Source of the DNA: a virus
Direction: 5' to 3' (one strand)
Length of the DNA stretch: 64,000 bases
Virus record (IMG/VR): IMGVR_UViG_3300032267_001484
In this document: one piece after another, positions 49,038-58,301 of the stretch
Layout of the letters: the number at the start of each line of letters is the position of its first letter
Numbering within the stretch: position 1 is the stretch's first letter
Position numbers and translations under genes: made by a program
The notes under the pieces: generated by a model
The model's input: only the letters and a program-made list of their open reading frames with translations
What the model was told of the DNA's origin: nothing
Databases searched by the model: none

Positions 49038-49730
49038 TTATAAGTTAAAGCGTCCTTTTAGTGCGTTATAGTTTTGTAGTATTTCTGATGCTGATAGGGC
49101 ACGATTATATACTTGAGCAACTGCATTATACCCACTTGTAAAAAGGGAAGTACTTATACTTCCTATCCACCATCCATTTGTTGATGTTCTTAAACTTGTA
49201 CCAGATGTTAATACTGTTCCGTCAAGAACTCCATTTACATAACATTGAATTGATGAGCCTGCTATCCAAACACCAGTAATATAATACCATGTATTAAGTG
49301 CTAATGTAATTGTACCTGTTGTTCCTAATCCAACAACTGATGGCACTGTAGGTACAACTGCAGCTTGAGCAATTCCACCAGTAGTGATACTTAATTGTAA
49401 GCTCCATCCACTACCGGCACCATCTCTACCCCTTCCTAAAATATATTTTACTTCAGAATAATTATCATTATTAAACCAAGCAGAAAAAGTATAACTATCT
49501 GCTGCTGAACCTGAATAAGGTGTAGATATCCAATCATCAGTTCCATCAGTAAATATACTTCCTCCATTGGCACTATTAAATGTAGGTCCATTAGTTAATG
49601 TTCCTATAATATTATTTCCACTCAAATCTCTCCAAGTAGTTCCACTACCCGGATAAGATTTAGTATTAGCTGCGTCTAAAGCTAAAACAAGTCCATTTGT
49701 AACTATATTTGGTCCTCTTTGAAACGCCAT
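49038..49730 (-). CDS. LamG/ConA-like lectin domain protein
   Basis: Conserved blocks; TFSAWF...NTWYYITGVW...YVNG core. Confidence 0.82.
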   Translation of the reverse strand: MAFQRGPNIVTNGLVLALDAANTKSYPGSGTTWRDLSGNNIIGTLTNGPTFNSANGGSIFTDGTDDWISTPYSGSAADSYTFSAWFNNDNYSEVKYILGRGRDGAGSGWSLQLSITTGGIAQAAVVPTVPSVVGLGTTGTITLALNTWYYITGVWIAGSSIQCYVNGVLDGTVLTSGTSLRTSTNGWWIGSISTSLFTSGYNAVAQVYNRALSASEILQNYNALKGRFNL

Positions 49731-49731
49731 A

Positions 49732-52700
49732 TTATAACATTCTTACTAGTGATCGAATAGTCCAAGCGTTATTTGATGCTGTCGCTTGTAATTGTATGTT
49801 ACTTCCGCTAATTGCGGCTTGTAAAGTTACTCCAGCAGTTGATCCACCAACATCTCCTGTGTAGTTCTCATAGTATTCTGCGTAAGAAGCACTCCAAACA
49901 GAATAAATTGTTCCTGCTCTAGCGATTGAGCCGCTAAACATTACGTAATCGAAGAAGGCAGCTCTATAAGAAGCAGTAGGTTCTGAAGAAATTACTCTCC
50001 ATGATCCTGAAGTTACATTGGTGTTTTCTTGAAACTCTATATTAGTATTTCCTACATTTAAACTTCCACTTACATAGAAATTAGTAGCATATGAGGCGGT
50101 TGCTGCGTAAGAAGCACTAACAACAGATCCAAGTAAGGTTTGAGCTGTTGTAGCGTATGAAGCTGTTACTGCGTTTTGAGCCCAACTTGCAGTGCCAAAT
50201 AAAGAACCAGTAAACCCTAAAGTAGATGTTGTAGATCCAGTTATTACTAAACTACCAGTAATTAAAGCAGAACCAGTAAATGGAAAAGAAGCGCCTCCAC
50301 CTCCTGTGGCGTTGATAGTAACAGATCCTGTTCCACTTGTAGGAGATATAGTTACATTTGTACCTGCTATAATTTGAGTAACGCCACCATTTAAAGCATA
50401 AGATGCTGTTATTACATTAGTAGCCCAACTTGCAGTACCGAAGAGAGAACCTGTGAAGTTAGTTGCAGTTATAGAACCAGATATGGATTGAGAGCCAGAA
50501 TTAGTTAATACTTCTTGCCAACCTGGAGTGGAACCAGAATTGTACATCCATAGACCTTCTGTTGCTGAGTCTATGTCGTATACTAGTAAACCTCTGGCAG
50601 GAGTTCCTATAGCAGTTCTTTGTGCTGCAGTCATCCTTGGAGCAAGGAAACCTTGATCAGTAGAATCAACTTGCAGCATTGAACTTGTGTGCATGTTAAG
50701 TGCATTAGCAGTAGCTGTAATTAATGCTCTATTTGATAATAAACCTAATGATACGTTACCTCCAGAAGCTCCACCGGCTGCATATATTGAAGCACCTTGA
50801 TTGTTATTATTACTAACACCTAAACTACTATATGCTTTTATACCTACTGCTGATGTGACTTGTATACCAGTTGCACCATTATGGCCTGTATTTAATACTA
50901 CCATTGTAGTACCACCAACAGTATACCTATCTACATAGAATGTACTATCTCCATTTAATATTCTACCATCATTTCTAGCTATAAGTGTTGATACTAAGTT
51001 ACTATTTACTATATTTAATCCATTAGTACCACTAGTAGCTCCACTACCAGTAATAACCATATCACCCGCAAATCGACTAGATCCTGATACATCTAGTCTA
51101 AATGATGGTGATGCTGTACCTATACCAACATTGCCAGAACCGCTTACATAAAATACACTTCCAGCAGTTGAGGAATTTATTAAAAATAAAGAATTATCAG
51201 AACCAGATACATGAAGTCTAGCAGAAATAGTCTGATCATTTCCCCCAATGCGTACTCCAGCTGATGTCATGTGCATATATTGGGTTGCACTAGAGTACGC
51301 TGTAAGCGTTATTCCTGAGTTATTTCTAATAATAAGCCTGTTTCCTGTTCCGTAGGTATCTATAAAAGAATCCGATCCTCCAGGAGTAAGAGACATATTT
51401 GTTGCTCCAGTATTATAAAACCCAGTTAGAGTTATTGTAGAGTTAGCACTTGAAGTCATTCCTATACTTCCTGTACCTAAAGAATTAGTTATTAATACTG
51501 TACCTTGATTTGATAAACTACCAGTTATACTTACTGAGCCAGTAAACTGATGTGTATTAGTTGATAAGGAGCCGAATCTTGTTGATCCAGTTACAAAATC
51601 AGTAGACGATGTAATAGTTTGAGCTACAATTGTTTGTGCTGTAAGGGTACCCCTAACTAAGAAGTTATCGGCACTAGATGCTGTTGCAGCAAATGATGCA
51701 CTTATTGCATTAAGAATATAAGATGATGTTAATGCATTTTGAGCCCAACTTGCAGTTCCAAACAATGATCCTGTAAAGTTAGTTGCATTTACGCTTCCAC
51801 TAATACTGAGTGAGCCTGTTACAGTATGAGTATCAGTGATTGTATTACCTATAGTTACACCTGTGTTTGTAACTTGAAACTCAACTGAACTACCGGTGAT
51901 GACTGTTAGTGAGCCTGTAATGGCTGTATTTCCTGATAGTTTTGTTGAGCCAGATACTTGTAGACGTTCACCAGAATCAGAAGTTGAGCCTATTGCAAGA
52001 TTGCCTGTTGAGAATAAGCGCATCTTTGAATTTGCAGTAATAGCAAAATCTATTGTATTAAGATTCAGAGTATCTATTCCTGTTGGTGTTAATACTAAAA
52101 TAGAATTACCACCTGTTGGACTTTGAATCCACATGCCACTATTGCTATATATATGCAAAGGTCTTTGTGGTGCATTAGTTCCAATACCTACATTACCAGA
52201 TGAGGATACATATAATATGTTGGCTAATGTATTACTATCTATTTCAAATAGACCTCCAGTAGTTCCTGATACATGTAGTAAAGCTGTAGGAGATAAATGT
52301 CCTATTGCTACTCTATCACTTGCAACTACAAAAGGATAACTAGTTGCAGTATTACCTAAAAGTACTGCGGAACTTCCTCTCATTCCTACATTTACTCCAC
52401 TAAAACCAGCATAATATAATGCCCCAATATATTCTGCGTAACTATAAGCTAACTGCCCACCAACAGCACCATTCAATGTAAAATTTGTACCACTTCCTAT
52501 TGTAAATGCAGATGTTCCAGACACTCCAACACCAGCTGTAATAGTAGCACTGCCAGTAATAACCATATTACCAGCAAACTTACTAGAACCAGATACTTGA
52601 AGACGATCGCCTGAGTCTGTAAAAGTGCCTCCGTCTTGTATTAAAACATTACCATTTCTAAATATTCTTAACTTTTCAGATACAGTTGAAACATTTCGTG

Positions 52701-54357
52701 TAAAAAATCCTAATCCAACACTATAAGATGATTGGTCAACAGTTGTTATAGACGCGCCACTCGCAGCATCTGATGCTCCAAAAAATCTCAATGAAGTTTC
52801 AACAGCAGTACCCGCAGCACCATTCGGTCTTACTATTATGTTTCCTGCTAATGTTATTACACCCAAATTACTTGGCGTATTAGTCCCTATCCCCAATCTC
52901 TTATTAGTATTATCCCAAAAGAAATTAGTGTTATCTTCTGCAATATTATCTGTAGCTCCAGCAAACAATACACTTCCAGTAGATAAATAAGGAAGAGTTA
53001 AACTTCCAGTAATACTAACAGAGCCAGTAAACTGATGAGTATTACTTAATGAACTACCAAATCTAGTTGATCCAGTAACAAAATCAGTACTTGAGGTTAT
53101 AGTTTGAGCTACAATTGTTTGAGCAGTTAATGTTCCCCTAACAGTAAAATTATCTGCAGATGATGCAGTTGAAGCAAACGAAGCAGATACTGCTTGAAGT
53201 ACATAAGATGATGTAGTTGCATTATTTGCCCAACTAGCAGTACCAAATAATGAACCAGTAAATCCTTGAGTTGCACTTAATGAACCAGTTAATTCATGTT
53301 GATTATTTGGGTTTAATTGGAGCTTCTTATTAACATTACTATCGATACCACCTGCAAAAAATTGTATTGGATAATTAGAAGCATTTCCTATGTGTAAATC
53401 ATTACCTGTTGAATATAGGTAAGCATCATTAGCATCTCCAACTAATCCACTCTGGTTATAGTTAGAGTTATTAATACCCATATTAATAAAATAGGTATTT
53501 TCTGTTGATAAGTTATTTGAAGCAACTATATCAGCAGAAGCATTATTTCCTGTGCTTCTATTTATTAAGTTAAATTGACTATAATAGTTTACATTACTTT
53601 TAGCTGTGATAAGATTATAAGTACTATTATTTACAGCTTGTACTAATAGTGCTTCTGGAGCACCAGGTGTAGGGGTGGAGGTATTAATACTTACTGATCC
53701 TTGAGGATCAATATATAATCTTGCATTGGCATAAGCATTTTCACCACCAGTAAAAATAATTACACTTTTATTGGGATCGGTATTTCCTATTAATAAATTA
53801 CTACCAGTAGTATATAAATAACCATCTAATGCATTACCTATAGCTCCAACAACCCCATATCCGGAGTTATTAATACCCATATTAATATAACCTTGAGTTT
53901 CATCTCCAGACTCAGCTGTTGCTACTATGTCTGAGGAAGCATAGAGACCATTTGCAAAATTTTTTATATTTAATTGAACATAATTATCTATATTAGCATG
54001 ACCAGATATTAAGTTATATGAATCTGTTACACCAGCATTAACTAAAAAACGTTCAACAGATGTATGTATAGATGCTGTAGCTCCTATTGCAGTAAATGAT
54101 CCAGAATCGTAAATTGAGCTAGTAATTAAACTAGAAGTAGTATTAAATACAGGAATAAAAAAAGCAGATCCTGTTGCTGTAATATTGCCTGTACCTGTTC
54201 CTAATGTAACAATTTGTTCACCATTAGAACCTGACTTTTTCATAAAAGCCAGACCATCGTATGTATTAAGGGCTATCTCACCAAAGTCGAGAGAAGAAGT
54301 AGTAGGGATTCTACCAGGTACCGCAGAGCGGCGTAATTTCAAAAATTGATTTGACAT
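49732..54357 (-). CDS. Large Ser/Thr/Gly-rich fibre protein
   Basis: 1541 aa; N-terminal KLRRSAVPGRIPTTSSLDFGEIALNTYDG; FFWDNTNKRLGIGT; STDQGFLAPRMT.AQR.AI..PA.GLLVYD module; C-terminal domain shared with 43048-47352. Confidence 0.72.
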   Translation of the reverse strand: MSNQFLKLRRSAVPGRIPTTSSLDFGEIALNTYDGLAFMKKSGSNGEQIVTLGTGTGNITATGSAFFIPVFNTTSSLITSSIYDSGSFTAIGATASIHTSVERFLVNAGVTDSYNLISGHANIDNYVQLNIKNFANGLYASSDIVATAESGDETQGYINMGINNSGYGVVGAIGNALDGYLYTTGSNLLIGNTDPNKSVIIFTGGENAYANARLYIDPQGSVSINTSTPTPGAPEALLVQAVNNSTYNLITAKSNVNYYSQFNLINRSTGNNASADIVASNNLSTENTYFINMGINNSNYNQSGLVGDANDAYLYSTGNDLHIGNASNYPIQFFAGGIDSNVNKKLQLNPNNQHELTGSLSATQGFTGSLFGTASWANNATTSSYVLQAVSASFASTASSADNFTVRGTLTAQTIVAQTITSSTDFVTGSTRFGSSLSNTHQFTGSVSITGSLTLPYLSTGSVLFAGATDNIAEDNTNFFWDNTNKRLGIGTNTPSNLGVITLAGNIIVRPNGAAGTAVETSLRFFGASDAASGASITTVDQSSYSVGLGFFTRNVSTVSEKLRIFRNGNVLIQDGGTFTDSGDRLQVSGSSKFAGNMVITGSATITAGVGVSGTSAFTIGSGTNFTLNGAVGGQLAYSYAEYIGALYYAGFSGVNVGMRGSSAVLLGNTATSYPFVVASDRVAIGHLSPTALLHVSGTTGGLFEIDSNTLANILYVSSSGNVGIGTNAPQRPLHIYSNSGMWIQSPTGGNSILVLTPTGIDTLNLNTIDFAITANSKMRLFSTGNLAIGSTSDSGERLQVSGSTKLSGNTAITGSLTVITGSSVEFQVTNTGVTIGNTITDTHTVTGSLSISGSVNATNFTGSLFGTASWAQNALTSSYILNAISASFAATASSADNFLVRGTLTAQTIVAQTITSSTDFVTGSTRFGSLSTNTHQFTGSVSITGSLSNQGTVLITNSLGTGSIGMTSSANSTITLTGFYNTGATNMSLTPGGSDSFIDTYGTGNRLIIRNNSGITLTAYSSATQYMHMTSAGVRIGGNDQTISARLHVSGSDNSLFLINSSTAGSVFYVSGSGNVGIGTASPSFRLDVSGSSRFAGDMVITGSGATSGTNGLNIVNSNLVSTLIARNDGRILNGDSTFYVDRYTVGGTTMVVLNTGHNGATGIQVTSAVGIKAYSSLGVSNNNNQGASIYAAGGASGGNVSLGLLSNRALITATANALNMHTSSMLQVDSTDQGFLAPRMTAAQRTAIGTPARGLLVYDIDSATEGLWMYNSGSTPGWQEVLTNSGSQSISGSITATNFTGSLFGTASWATNVITASYALNGGVTQIIAGTNVTISPTSGTGSVTINATGGGGASFPFTGSALITGSLVITGSTTSTLGFTGSLFGTASWAQNAVTASYATTAQTLLGSVVSASYAATASYATNFYVSGSLNVGNTNIEFQENTNVTSGSWRVISSEPTASYRAAFFDYVMFSGSIARAGTIYSVWSASYAEYYENYTGDVGGSTAGVTLQAAISGSNIQLQATASNNAWTIRSLVRML
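51950..52190. repeat. 241-bp near-identical direct repeat, copy 2
   Basis: See 46076-46316. Confidence 0.9.
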
Positions 54358-54406
54358 ACTAGTATATACTAACGGTGAAAGCTATATATATAGCCGTTAA
54401 TAAATA

Positions 54407-54595
54407 TTAGAAATCGCCTAAGTCTAATGTAAAGAAGCTACCACTATCACCAAATGAATCGATATTTTGAATTGATAGTGAGCCAGTTTGAGTTGGGGTT
54501 GAAACTACTTGAGCGGAACCACTAATAACAAGGTTATTAGATCCACTGTTATAGGACATATTAGATAGTAATTGTTCTAGTCTTAATCGTGCCAT
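54407..54595 (-). CDS. Hypothetical small protein ending DLGDF
   Basis: 62-aa ORF coupled to the upstream gene; C-terminus resembles the DIDGGFY end of fibre 36033-38225. Confidence 0.6.
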   Translation of the reverse strand: MARLRLEQLLSNMSYNSGSNNLVISGSAQVVSTPTQTGSLSIQNIDSFGDSGSFFTLDLGDF

Positions 54596-54596
54596 T

Positions 54597-55853
54597 TTAT
54601 GCGAATTTACCTACTGCTACAACTTCATCTGTTGATACTAAAGTATAGCCTATAGCAGTTGTGTTAAAAGTAAATGTTACGTTTCCTCCACCTTCTGCTA
54701 ATGTTACATATGATGAAGGTATATTTTGACCGTTTACATAAAGTGTAAAATTAGCAATTGTAGTTGGTGGAAGTGTTGATCCAGCAGATGGTTGTAAAAT
54801 AGAAGTTCCAGTAAATACAGCTGTGTTTATTGTTACTGTATTTGCTATTTTAGTAATATTAGTATTTAAATATCCAGCATCCACTGAGCCTCCAATATTA
54901 TTAATAGTGGTGTTAGTTATATTAGTTCCACCGCCAACAAATGATGTATTTCCACCACCTTGAGAAGCAGCAATTTGAGAACTTGCTACAAATGTTTCAT
55001 TTACATCTCCTACAACTTCCATACCAAATATTATTTGTGATGGTGAGTAAAACATGTTTGTAGCTGATGCTTTAGCATTTACACTATCGGCTATTAAATA
55101 GCCGTTTAAAGTCATTGTAAAATTAGTTTTTGCTACTCTATCATCCTCTTGTTCATAAATATTAGTAACAGCAAATGTATCTATTTTAGTTCTAAAATGC
55201 CATCTTTTAAAATCACCCCAATATGCGTCTGAGGCATATTCAATTGCTTCAATTAATTTGTTATTTTGTTCTACAAAGTTAGTAAATAAAATACATTCAT
55301 ATGTTACTGTAACATAATCTGGTACTACTGAAACGTAGTATTGTTTGGAGGGTATTGTATTTGTTAATACATCAAATTTATTATAGAAATTTTTTTGATT
55401 ATATCTTGTTTCAAAAACATTAAATAAATGAGCTTCGTTTCCATCTAATTTATTACCTAATGTTCTGTTTTTTTCAACATTAGTGCGTTTGTACATAATT
55501 AGAGGAGCCATTATTTTACCTGCTACATCACGATAAAAACCATCGTTTTGTACAGATTTCCATTTTTCAGGACTACCATATATAACAGGAACTGCTACTC
55601 TGTTATTATTCTGTATGATACTAGGTTTAATTGTATTGTCAAAATAATATTGAATAGCATTATCTAGATCCTCTAATCCAATAGTTATATCTTTTACTTT
55701 ATCATTTTTACGTGATATATCTCTTGCTCTATTACGAGAAAAAACCGTACCCTCTTCACTAGAAGGTTTACCTATGCTAGGTAAATAAGCTTCAAACTGA
55801 GTTTGTTCAACTTCAACTAGGTTGCGTGGTATGGGTTTTAAATCACGTGGCAT
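54597..55853 (-). CDS. Tail terminator / sheath stabiliser (T4 gp15-like) with C-terminal extension
   Basis: VPVIYGSPEKW, API...R, VPDYV.VTYE....T....Q.N.LIE, F.M.L.GYL; follows the neck genes. Confidence 0.65.
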   Translation of the reverse strand: MPRDLKPIPRNLVEVEQTQFEAYLPSIGKPSSEEGTVFSRNRARDISRKNDKVKDITIGLEDLDNAIQYYFDNTIKPSIIQNNNRVAVPVIYGSPEKWKSVQNDGFYRDVAGKIMAPLIMYKRTNVEKNRTLGNKLDGNEAHLFNVFETRYNQKNFYNKFDVLTNTIPSKQYYVSVVPDYVTVTYECILFTNFVEQNNKLIEAIEYASDAYWGDFKRWHFRTKIDTFAVTNIYEQEDDRVAKTNFTMTLNGYLIADSVNAKASATNMFYSPSQIIFGMEVVGDVNETFVASSQIAASQGGGNTSFVGGGTNITNTTINNIGGSVDAGYLNTNITKIANTVTINTAVFTGTSILQPSAGSTLPPTTIANFTLYVNGQNIPSSYVTLAEGGGNVTFTFNTTAIGYTLVSTDEVVAVGKFA

Positions 55854-56233
55854 TATATTCTACCGCTTTTTTTCAATTTAATCAATTTATCTAAAGCATC
55901 CATTGTTCTATACAATTTATTGTATAGTTTATTTATTTCTTTAGCTGTTTCTTTAATATCAGGATCTTTTACAAAATTAAATACATCAAATTCTCTTTTA
56001 TTTTGAATTATTTCTCTTTTAATTTGATCCATTTTAGGTAAGTAAAATACCTGAGATGAGCTAGCTCCTGGGCGGGAAGGATCAGATATAGGGACCATTA
56101 CTGAACCTTTTCTAAATAGATCATCTAATTCCTCTGGTGTTAAGTCAGCAAGAGTTAATTCTTTTCCAGATTCCCTGTCAGCATATATTTTTTCAGGTTT
56201 ATCTAATTCTGCTATTATGTCTAGTAGTTTCAT
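55853..56233 (-). CDS. Hypothetical protein with MKLLDIIAE N-terminus
   Basis: 126-aa ORF in the neck operon. Confidence 0.65.
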   Translation of the reverse strand: MKLLDIIAELDKPEKIYADRESGKELTLADLTPEELDDLFRKGSVMVPISDPSRPGASSSQVFYLPKMDQIKREIIQNKREFDVFNFVKDPDIKETAKEINKLYNKLYRTMDALDKLIKLKKSGRI

Positions 56234-56234
56234 A

Positions 56235-56774
56235 TTATAATCTATCTTGAGTTATACCTAATCTTTCGTGGCGTGTGTAGTGGCCTTTACATATAATTGA
56301 AATAGAAGAACCAAAATCATCATTGTCAGTTGAATATGAATAACTTGGATCTTTACCTACAAATAATTGATTTTCAACTATTGAGTCTATTTCATAGTAG
56401 TCATTTTGCCATAGCATTACATCTCCTACTTCGGGAACAATACCATATTGGAATCCTTTTCCACCTTCTGGCAGCTCAATTGAGAGACTAATGCCTGCCA
56501 AATCATCTCTTAGAAATCTAACTGTTAAATCCTGTTTTACATCAGGACCAAAATCATCAGATACCCAAGTAGGTGGTGTTCTTTCAATTAAGCAATTTAT
56601 TAAAACAGGATTATAAAATGTTTTGGTGCCATTTGATTCACCGTACATGTTATATTCTGTTTTTTCTAAATTAATTTTATAGTATCCAATCTGTTGCTCA
56701 ATAATATTATTGACCAATTCACGATTGATATGTCTAATTAAACTAACGTCTCTAGATGTACCAAATAAACTCAT
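56235..56774 (-). CDS. Neck / head-closure protein (T4 gp14-like)
   Basis: NMYGES..K.F..PV...CLI...FG......V.F......PEVGD...W....YEI. Confidence 0.7.
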   Translation of the reverse strand: MSLFGTSRDVSLIRHINRELVNNIIEQQIGYYKINLEKTEYNMYGESNGTKTFYNPVLINCLIERTPPTWVSDDFGPDVKQDLTVRFLRDDLAGISLSIELPEGGKGFQYGIVPEVGDVMLWQNDYYEIDSIVENQLFVGKDPSYSYSTDNDDFGSSISIICKGHYTRHERLGITQDRL

Positions 56775-57115
56775 TAGTATGATCCTACTTTAATAATTGT
56801 TGGGTATCGTGGAATAAATTGTAATAAACCAGGAACTTTATTCCTAGTTACTGCATTTATACCAATGTCTTTAATTGATGATTTAGCATCTCCTCTACCA
56901 ATATATTTCATTCTGAGTAGAGAGTATTCGTATTTATCTGTTGCTTTGGCATCTAAAAAATCACTTTGTTCAATATTCACAGTAACAACACCATCTAATG
57001 CTCTAATCTCATTATAAACCTCTACCTTATTTTGATCAGCAGCTGTTTTAATTAATACATCACATCTGAATATTGTGATTCCTTCTTGTAATAATATTCT
57101 ACTAAGTAGTCCCAT
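56774..57115 (-). CDS. Hypothetical protein (EIRALDGVVTV motif)
   Basis: 113-aa ORF coupled between the neck genes. Confidence 0.65.
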   Translation of the reverse strand: MGLLSRILLQEGITIFRCDVLIKTAADQNKVEVYNEIRALDGVVTVNIEQSDFLDAKATDKYEYSLLRMKYIGRGDAKSSIKDIGINAVTRNKVPGLLQFIPRYPTIIKVGSY

Positions 57116-58266
57116 TAGAAAATATAAATTGGAAGTGGTACACTATTTAATTGTTTTTGTAGAAAATCAACTTCACTTGCTTGTTGTTCAAGTTGTGCCT
57201 TACGAGATGTTATATCTAAGGTTGCTCGTAATGTTTCAAGCAAAGCCTGCTTTTCAGCTCTAGCATCAGTTAATAAATCACTTTGATTTAATGTTACCTC
57301 AGCTCCAGGAATAGGTACAGTACCATATTTTCCTCGAACATATCCTAACATTTCTTTAACTAATGCTAATGTATATTGGCGAATCCATTGTTTACCAATA
57401 GAATTAATTTGGCTATAAATTGGATTTTGATAAGGTACATTAGATATATTAGTAACTAAATTAGTTCTATTATCAACTACTGGGTTATTTCTTTCATCAA
57501 TTAAAATATAATGAAAGAATATTTTGCTAGCATATGCTGTAGTAGTTGGAATAGGGAATATTCTTAATTTATTATTTACTAAATCAAATGTATATGCTGA
57601 TTTTCTTATCTGATCATTAAATTCAATTGCTTGGATTTTCTGTACATCAAAATAAATTGGCATTAATAAGAAGTTAATACCAGGAGAGAATTGGCCAAAT
57701 CCAAATGTTTCAAGTAATGATTGAATACCAGTACCTGTACCAGCATATGGATCAAAATATCTTGTGATAGCCGGGGGTGCTTCATAAAATACTCTCTTAA
57801 TTTCAATAGAACCTGTTACTCCTGAAGAAGATACTGCTGCTTGTAAATCATAATCTTGTACACCAGGTATTGTATTAACAGAACCAGTATATATATTAAT
57901 TTTTCCACCACTTCCTGCTTCAGTGGCGTACATTTCAGAAATACGAACTATACTACCCATATTTGGGGTAACTAGTTGGTTGCTTAAGTTAGAGCCAGTT
58001 GTACTACCTTCTAAATTGAGATAATTTTCACGTACTTTCCATTGATAAACTTCATTGCCATAAGCAGTAACTGCTTCTTCAAAGGCAGCATAAAATGAAC
58101 CAGACTGTAATTCAACTTCAACTATAGGGAAACCTAAACGAATAGCACACCATTGTGCTACATCATCAGCAGATGCTGAAAATGCAGGATCACTATCATA
58201 GAATCCAAATGGGGTTGATCCAGTAGTAAAATTTGATGTACCGTTCCAGATTGCGATATTAGCCAT
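57115..58266 (-). CDS. Neck / head-tail adaptor protein (T4 gp13-like)
   Basis: RLGFPIVEVEL....Y.AFEEA, NNKLRIFP, WIRQYTLAL.KEMLG.VRGKY..VPIPG.EVTLN. Confidence 0.78.
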   Translation of the reverse strand: MANIAIWNGTSNFTTGSTPFGFYDSDPAFSASADDVAQWCAIRLGFPIVEVELQSGSFYAAFEEAVTAYGNEVYQWKVRENYLNLEGSTTGSNLSNQLVTPNMGSIVRISEMYATEAGSGGKINIYTGSVNTIPGVQDYDLQAAVSSSGVTGSIEIKRVFYEAPPAITRYFDPYAGTGTGIQSLLETFGFGQFSPGINFLLMPIYFDVQKIQAIEFNDQIRKSAYTFDLVNNKLRIFPIPTTTAYASKIFFHYILIDERNNPVVDNRTNLVTNISNVPYQNPIYSQINSIGKQWIRQYTLALVKEMLGYVRGKYGTVPIPGAEVTLNQSDLLTDARAEKQALLETLRATLDITSRKAQLEQQASEVDFLQKQLNSVPLPIYIF

Positions 58267-58301
58267 TAAGTAGTATTTAACACGTATAAATATGTTAGAT
58301 G

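Noticed and set aside
40957-52190. Diversity-generating retroelement acting on lectin or fibre genes
   Set aside because: No reverse transcriptase in the window; both copies of the 241-bp repeat are coding and internal, and their mismatches are mostly synonymous and not adenine-specific
24200-54357. Shufflon / invertible tail-fibre cassette
   Set aside because: All cassettes are co-oriented with their own start codons; no invertase and no inverted crossover sites seen
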